Made by a program: the position numbers and the translations under genes
In this document: positions 60,254 through 64,000 of the stretch, in pieces
How positions within the stretch are numbered: position 1 is the stretch's first letter
Layout: every line of letters begins with the position of its first letter
The notes under the pieces: generated by a model
The model's input: the letters and a program-made list of their open reading frames with translations, nothing else
Told to the model about the DNA's origin: nothing
Databases searched by the model: none
Source of the DNA: Candidatus Latescibacterota bacterium
GTDB taxonomy: Bacteria; Latescibacterota; CBDEFO01
Assembly (NCBI GenBank): GCA_965237525.1
Contig: CBDEFO010000008.1
Coordinates: 1,807,607-1,871,606, forward strand
Reading direction: 5' to 3'
DNA length: 64,000 nt

Positions 60254-61600
60254 GTGGGAAAGAGGGTATACGCCTTGAAAAGAAAATCAGAAACACCAGT
60301 ATCAAGTAGGCAGTATCAACTACGTAGGGGGTACCTCCTGCCTGTCTACTGTCTACTGTCTACTGTCTACTTGTTTATGGCTTCAGAGGTCTGGGCTCAA
60401 AAGATGCTGATATACATGGATCTGAATCAGACCGATCATCTCAAGGCGTATGGTGTCGCGTACCGGGCTTTAGAGCAGGGGATAGATGTGGAGTGGCTGT
60501 TGAACTACCGGGGAGGATCATTTATGATAGACAGTGTATATGAGTTGATAGCAGAGGCGAGGATAAGAGGGGTCTCCTTTTCTATGATAGGCGGAGCCGA
60601 AGCTGCCCTTGTATACGCTCAGATCGAAAGGGAGAACATGGACGTAGTGCACCTTACAAAGACTCCCAGAATAGCGGTCTATACTCCCCCCAACACTCAG
60701 CCCTGGGACGACGCTGTGACCCTGGCTCTCACCTACGCACAGATACCGTACGATAGGGTCTGGGACGCGGAGGTGCTTGCTGGAGAGCTTGAGAAATACG
60801 ACTGGCTGCACCTTCACCACGAGGATTTTACAGGACAATATGGCAAGTTCTACAGCACGTACGGGAATCAGCCGTGGTACAGACAACAGCAGATCCAATA
60901 CGAGGCTGTGGCCCGCCGTCTGGGATTTAGCAAGGTCTCCGAGGAAAAAAAGACTGTGGCAGGGGCGATCAAAAATTACGTCATAAATGGAGGTTTCCTC
61001 TTTGCAATGTGCTCGGCGACAGATACGTTTGACATAGCTTTAGCCGCTCAAAATGCCGACATCGCCGTGGCTGTGTTCGACGGCGACCCGGCCGATCCCA
61101 ACGCCCAGGAGAAGCTCGACTACTCCAGGACGGTGGCGTTTGAGAACTTCAAATTAGAGATGAATCCCTTAGTATACGAGTTCTCGGATATAGACACCAC
61201 GCCCAAAAGGATGTCACAGATACGGGGCGCCGAGGCAGATTATTTCACTCTGTTTGAGTTTTCTGCCAAATACGATCCTGTCCCCACTATGCTGACTCAA
61301 AATCACACACCTGTTGTGGACGGCTTTCTGGGACAGACTACCGCGTTTAGAAAGTCCCTCGTAAAGGATTCTGTCGTGATATTGGGGGAATCTGCAGCAA
61401 CAGATGAGGCTAAATATATACACGGAAATGTGGGGAAAGGGACAGTTACTTTCTACGGGGGGCATGATCCGGAGGACTATCAGCACCTGGTCTATGATCC
61501 GCCCACTCAGTTGTCCTTGCACAAGAATTCTCCCGGATACCGGTTGATCTTAAACAACGTACTCTTCCCGGCAGCCAAGAAGAAGGAGAGGAAGACTTAA
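60254..61600 (+). CDS. Hypothetical secreted protein (start uncertain; a (CTGTCTA)x4 tract lies in the N-terminal coding region)
   Basis: 448-aa ORF. The N-terminal region LLPVYCLLSTVYLFMASEVWA-QK is signal-peptide-like. No family recognised. Confidence 0.45.
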   Translation: MGKRVYALKRKSETPVSSRQYQLRRGYLLPVYCLLSTVYLFMASEVWAQKMLIYMDLNQTDHLKAYGVAYRALEQGIDVEWLLNYRGGSFMIDSVYELIAEARIRGVSFSMIGGAEAALVYAQIERENMDVVHLTKTPRIAVYTPPNTQPWDDAVTLALTYAQIPYDRVWDAEVLAGELEKYDWLHLHHEDFTGQYGKFYSTYGNQPWYRQQQIQYEAVARRLGFSKVSEEKKTVAGAIKNYVINGGFLFAMCSATDTFDIALAAQNADIAVAVFDGDPADPNAQEKLDYSRTVAFENFKLEMNPLVYEFSDIDTTPKRMSQIRGAEADYFTLFEFSAKYDPVPTMLTQNHTPVVDGFLGQTTAFRKSLVKDSVVILGESAATDEAKYIHGNVGKGTVTFYGGHDPEDYQHLVYDPPTQLSLHKNSPGYRLILNNVLFPAAKKKERKT

Positions 61601-61703
61601 GCCCAAAGTCCAAAGGAGCTATCGCTACGTTCAAAGGTCTGACACTTTCTACACCTCCCGTAAATTTATATGTTCTAATAGTTTCAGAAAGAAGGTGAAA
61701 GGT

Positions 61704-61826
61704 ATGGCAAACAAGGGCAATGTGGTGAATGCTGTTGTTAGCGAAGCTGGAATCTCAAAAAAAGAGGCCGGGGCAGTAGTTAATGCTTTAATCAATACTA
61801 TTACTGATGCCTTAAAAGCCTTGTGA
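61704..61826 (+). pseudogene. 5' fragment of an HU-family gene disrupted by IS insertion
   Basis: There is a GAAGGTGAAAGG ribosome-binding site. The fragment encodes MANKGNVVNAVVSEAGISKKEAGAVVNALINTITDAL and then runs into the IS inverted repeat. The reading frame resumes at 63343. Confidence 0.75.
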
Positions 61827-63338
61827 AATAGTTATGTCCTAAGGCAGCGTCTGAAGCGCCGATTATGGGTCAAAGAGTAGCATATCGTATCGTTTTGCTG
61901 TGGAATAAGCAAAGTAGTCTTATCAGAGTTCTGGTCAGCAAGGAACAGGAGCTGTTTGAAGAACAGGATGCACTGTCTTTGACAGACAGGGCACACATAG
62001 ACGCTTTCCCCCTTCTTATGAAAGATACAAGCCTCTTGAGATTCTGTACTGTTGCAACAAGATTCAACTGTTCATTCAGTGAGGCTGGTCCTCTATAACG
62101 GGCTCGTCCCATACCGTGTTGTTGCCTGGCTTCAGCAAAGATATGTTCACTGCGTTTACGGAGTCTCCCGGGAGAGTTTGTAGTCAGCTGTTAATGAGAT
62201 AGACCGTGCATGATTTCTGGCTTTCGCCTCTCGCACTTTTCTATCCCGTTCGGCCTGAATATGTGCTGAATTTGTCTTGTTTTTCCATGTAGGAATCGGT
62301 TCAATCCTCTCATCGGCTCGCAGAGGAATATGGGGTATGATTCCCCGGTCAAGTACATCAGCGATAAAATTACCAGAACCGTAACCGGTATCGGCACTAA
62401 GTGTCTGAATGTCTTTGGGCATGGTGTATGTTTCAAGGTCATCTACCATCTTAAGGGCACTTTCGGGCTCTGCTGTCCCTGTCGCCTGCGTGCCCTGAGT
62501 CTCAAGGATTACTCTGCTTTTTGTGTCGATCAGATCATGGCCCATAAACGAGAGAAAAGCCCCTTTGCCCTTCGATTTGCTGTATAAGCGCGCGTCGGGG
62601 TCTGTAGTCGAACGGTGTGTTTGGTTCGTCCACTTTTCACCATGAAAGTCTTTATCCTGAGGATGCCCGGACCTACCCTTTGTCTTATCACCTTCAAAAC
62701 CGATTCCCTTGAGATAATCATCAAGAGAAACAGGGGGTTCTATCGGCTCAATACTTTTCACTGAAGCATCAGCTTGTATCTGAGTGCCGTCGACACTAAG
62801 GTGTTTACCGCTCACAAGACCGACATCTATGCAACACTGGACTACCTGACGCATTATCCGTTCAAACAACCCACTGGATGCCCACTTGTGATTGCGAAGC
62901 TTGTTGATCGTGCTCCTATCCGGAACCGCATCATCAAATGTCTGATGACAAAACAACCGATATGCCGCATGCATCCCCACTTCCTGACAGAGCCGATTCT
63001 CACTCAAATTATACAGATAGCCAATAAGGATCATTCGAACAACTAATTCAGGATCAATACCGGGTCTGCCATTGTCAGGGCAATAACAATCTGATACAAC
63101 GTCTCGTACAAATGAAAAATCAACTGCCTCATCAATCTGACGAAGGATATGATCCTCGGGAACTAAATCCTCCATCTGAAAATAGTGAAACATCGGATTT
63201 GTCTGTTCCTGCTTTTGTGGGGTCATTGCTTTTCCTCCATGTATAATATTATCAATAACATAATATAATACATCGGAGCTGCTTTATCAATGCTTGTTCT
63301 ATACTACTTTCTGAATCTAAGGGTTTTTCACAAGGCTT
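61816..63338 (-). mobile_element. IS5-family insertion sequence, copy 2 (1523 bp) with target duplication TTAA (61812-61815 and 63339-63342); its transposase is frameshifted
   Basis: It has the same inverted repeats as copy 1. An extra C in a CCC run near 62168-62172 splits the transposase into ORFs 62156..63226 and 61870..62112. Confidence 0.85.
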
Positions 63339-63342
63339 TTAA

Positions 63343-63833
63343 AGAGGGGGGATAAAGTAAGCATGCAAGGATTCGGGACGTTTTCTGTGACCGAAAGGGC
63401 TGCAAGGAGCGGACGGGATCCCAGAACAGGAAACCCAATTCAGATTGCTGCCAGAAAGTTGCCAAGGTTCAACGCAGGGAGGGCACTAGTAGAGGAAATA
63501 ATCCGTAAATTCGAAGTCAAGACATCTGACGACAAAGATTTCGGTATGACTGAACAGAGATTTCCTCTCAGCCCTATAAGGGAAAAGGAAGAAATCTTGA
63601 AAAGAGCCAAAGAAAAGATAAAGAAGATTAACGAAGATGTGCTCAATTCTGAAGGATTGGATGAGGAGGAGATAAAAGCGTCCGTGGAAGAAGGAATTAT
63701 AGACGCTGATCAGGCGTATTTCTGGAGCAAAGAGCACCAGAAGCATCACAGAGAGGCAGAGAAAGATATTAAGAACGGTAAGGTCAAGATATTTGACGAT
63801 GTTGAGGATTTAATCAAAGATCTCAATAGCTAA
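63343..63833 (+). pseudogene. 3' part of the IS-disrupted HU-family gene, carrying an about 110-aa Lys/Glu-rich C-terminal extension (possibly an antitoxin-like module; an internal ATG lies at 63546)
   Basis: [53 protein letters not shown] completes the HU fold. No stop follows, and the frame continues to ...[41 protein letters not shown]. Confidence 0.55.
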
Positions 63834-63843
63834 TTATTGTAGC

Positions 63844-64000
63844 ATGTACAAATTTCAGCGCACTGATAAATTCAAGCGTCAATACTCTGATCTATCTCGG
63901 GAAATAGAGAGAAAAGCTGAAAAGGCGTTTCGGCTACCTGCGAGCGATTTTAGACATCCACCTTGCAAACTAAGAGAATTAAAGGTAAGGAACATGTGTG
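63844..64000 (+). CDS. RelE/ParE-family type II toxin, N-terminal part (runs off the window)
   Basis: MYKFQRTDKFKRQYSDLSREIERKAEKAFRLPASDFRHPPCKLRELK parallels RelE/ParE N-termini (F..T.KF.K....L...i.......L..nP..pg.kkL.g). Confidence 0.55.
   Translation, partial: MYKFQRTDKFKRQYSDLSREIERKAEKAFRLPASDFRHPPCKLRELKVRNMC

Overview
This is a bacterial chromosomal segment of roughly 50% GC with several visibly AT-rich or GC-rich islands. 

The first ~13 kb on the minus strand is an aromatic amino-acid supraoperon. Its gene order is trpE, trpG, trpD, trpC, [SAM methyltransferase], [LigT-like 2H phosphoesterase], trpF, trpB, trpA, AroQ chorismate mutase, DAHP synthase (frameshifted), tyrA, [AT-rich SAM methyltransferase], [nucleotidyltransferase], aroA (runs off the window). 

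Downstream is an accessory-looking region:
- a DUF4139-like secreted protein;
- a strongly AT-rich bifunctional cytidylyltransferase/CDP-alcohol phosphatidyltransferase (IPCT/DIPPS-like);
- a LysR regulator followed by three tandem paralogous 31-codon hydrophobic-peptide genes interleaved with LysR 5' fragments;
- a UbiA prenyltransferase plus DUF92 membrane protein pair;
- an HU gene;
- a GC-rich type II restriction-modification pair (beta-class DNA methyltransferase plus a PD-ExK candidate endonuclease);
- endonuclease IV;
- a 1547-aa M28-like/FtsX-like membrane protein and an 883-aa polytopic membrane protein;
- a DUF2029-like membrane protein, an M24 peptidase, a HAD hydrolase and two RraA-like genes (one frameshifted);
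- the conserved phoH / 7TM-HD / ybeY / corC operon;
- DUF4159, CRTAC1/ASPIC-like (one in-frame TGA), large coiled-coil, TPR and secreted proteins. 

The window is unusually rich in repeats:
- two copies of a 1.52-kb IS5-family element with 4-bp YTAA target duplications, one disrupting an HU-like gene and one disrupting an ASH-domain gene;
- a 41-bp tandem array of about 18 copies;
- a 293-bp tandem duplication;
- CTGTCTA heptamer tracts inside putative signal-peptide coding regions;
- several families of short palindromic intergenic elements;
- a partial RelE/ParE toxin gene at the window end. 

Several genes carry single-base frameshifts at homopolymers or in-frame stop codons. These are either authentic pseudogenes or assembly/sequencing errors. 

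All coordinates are approximate to within a few bases.
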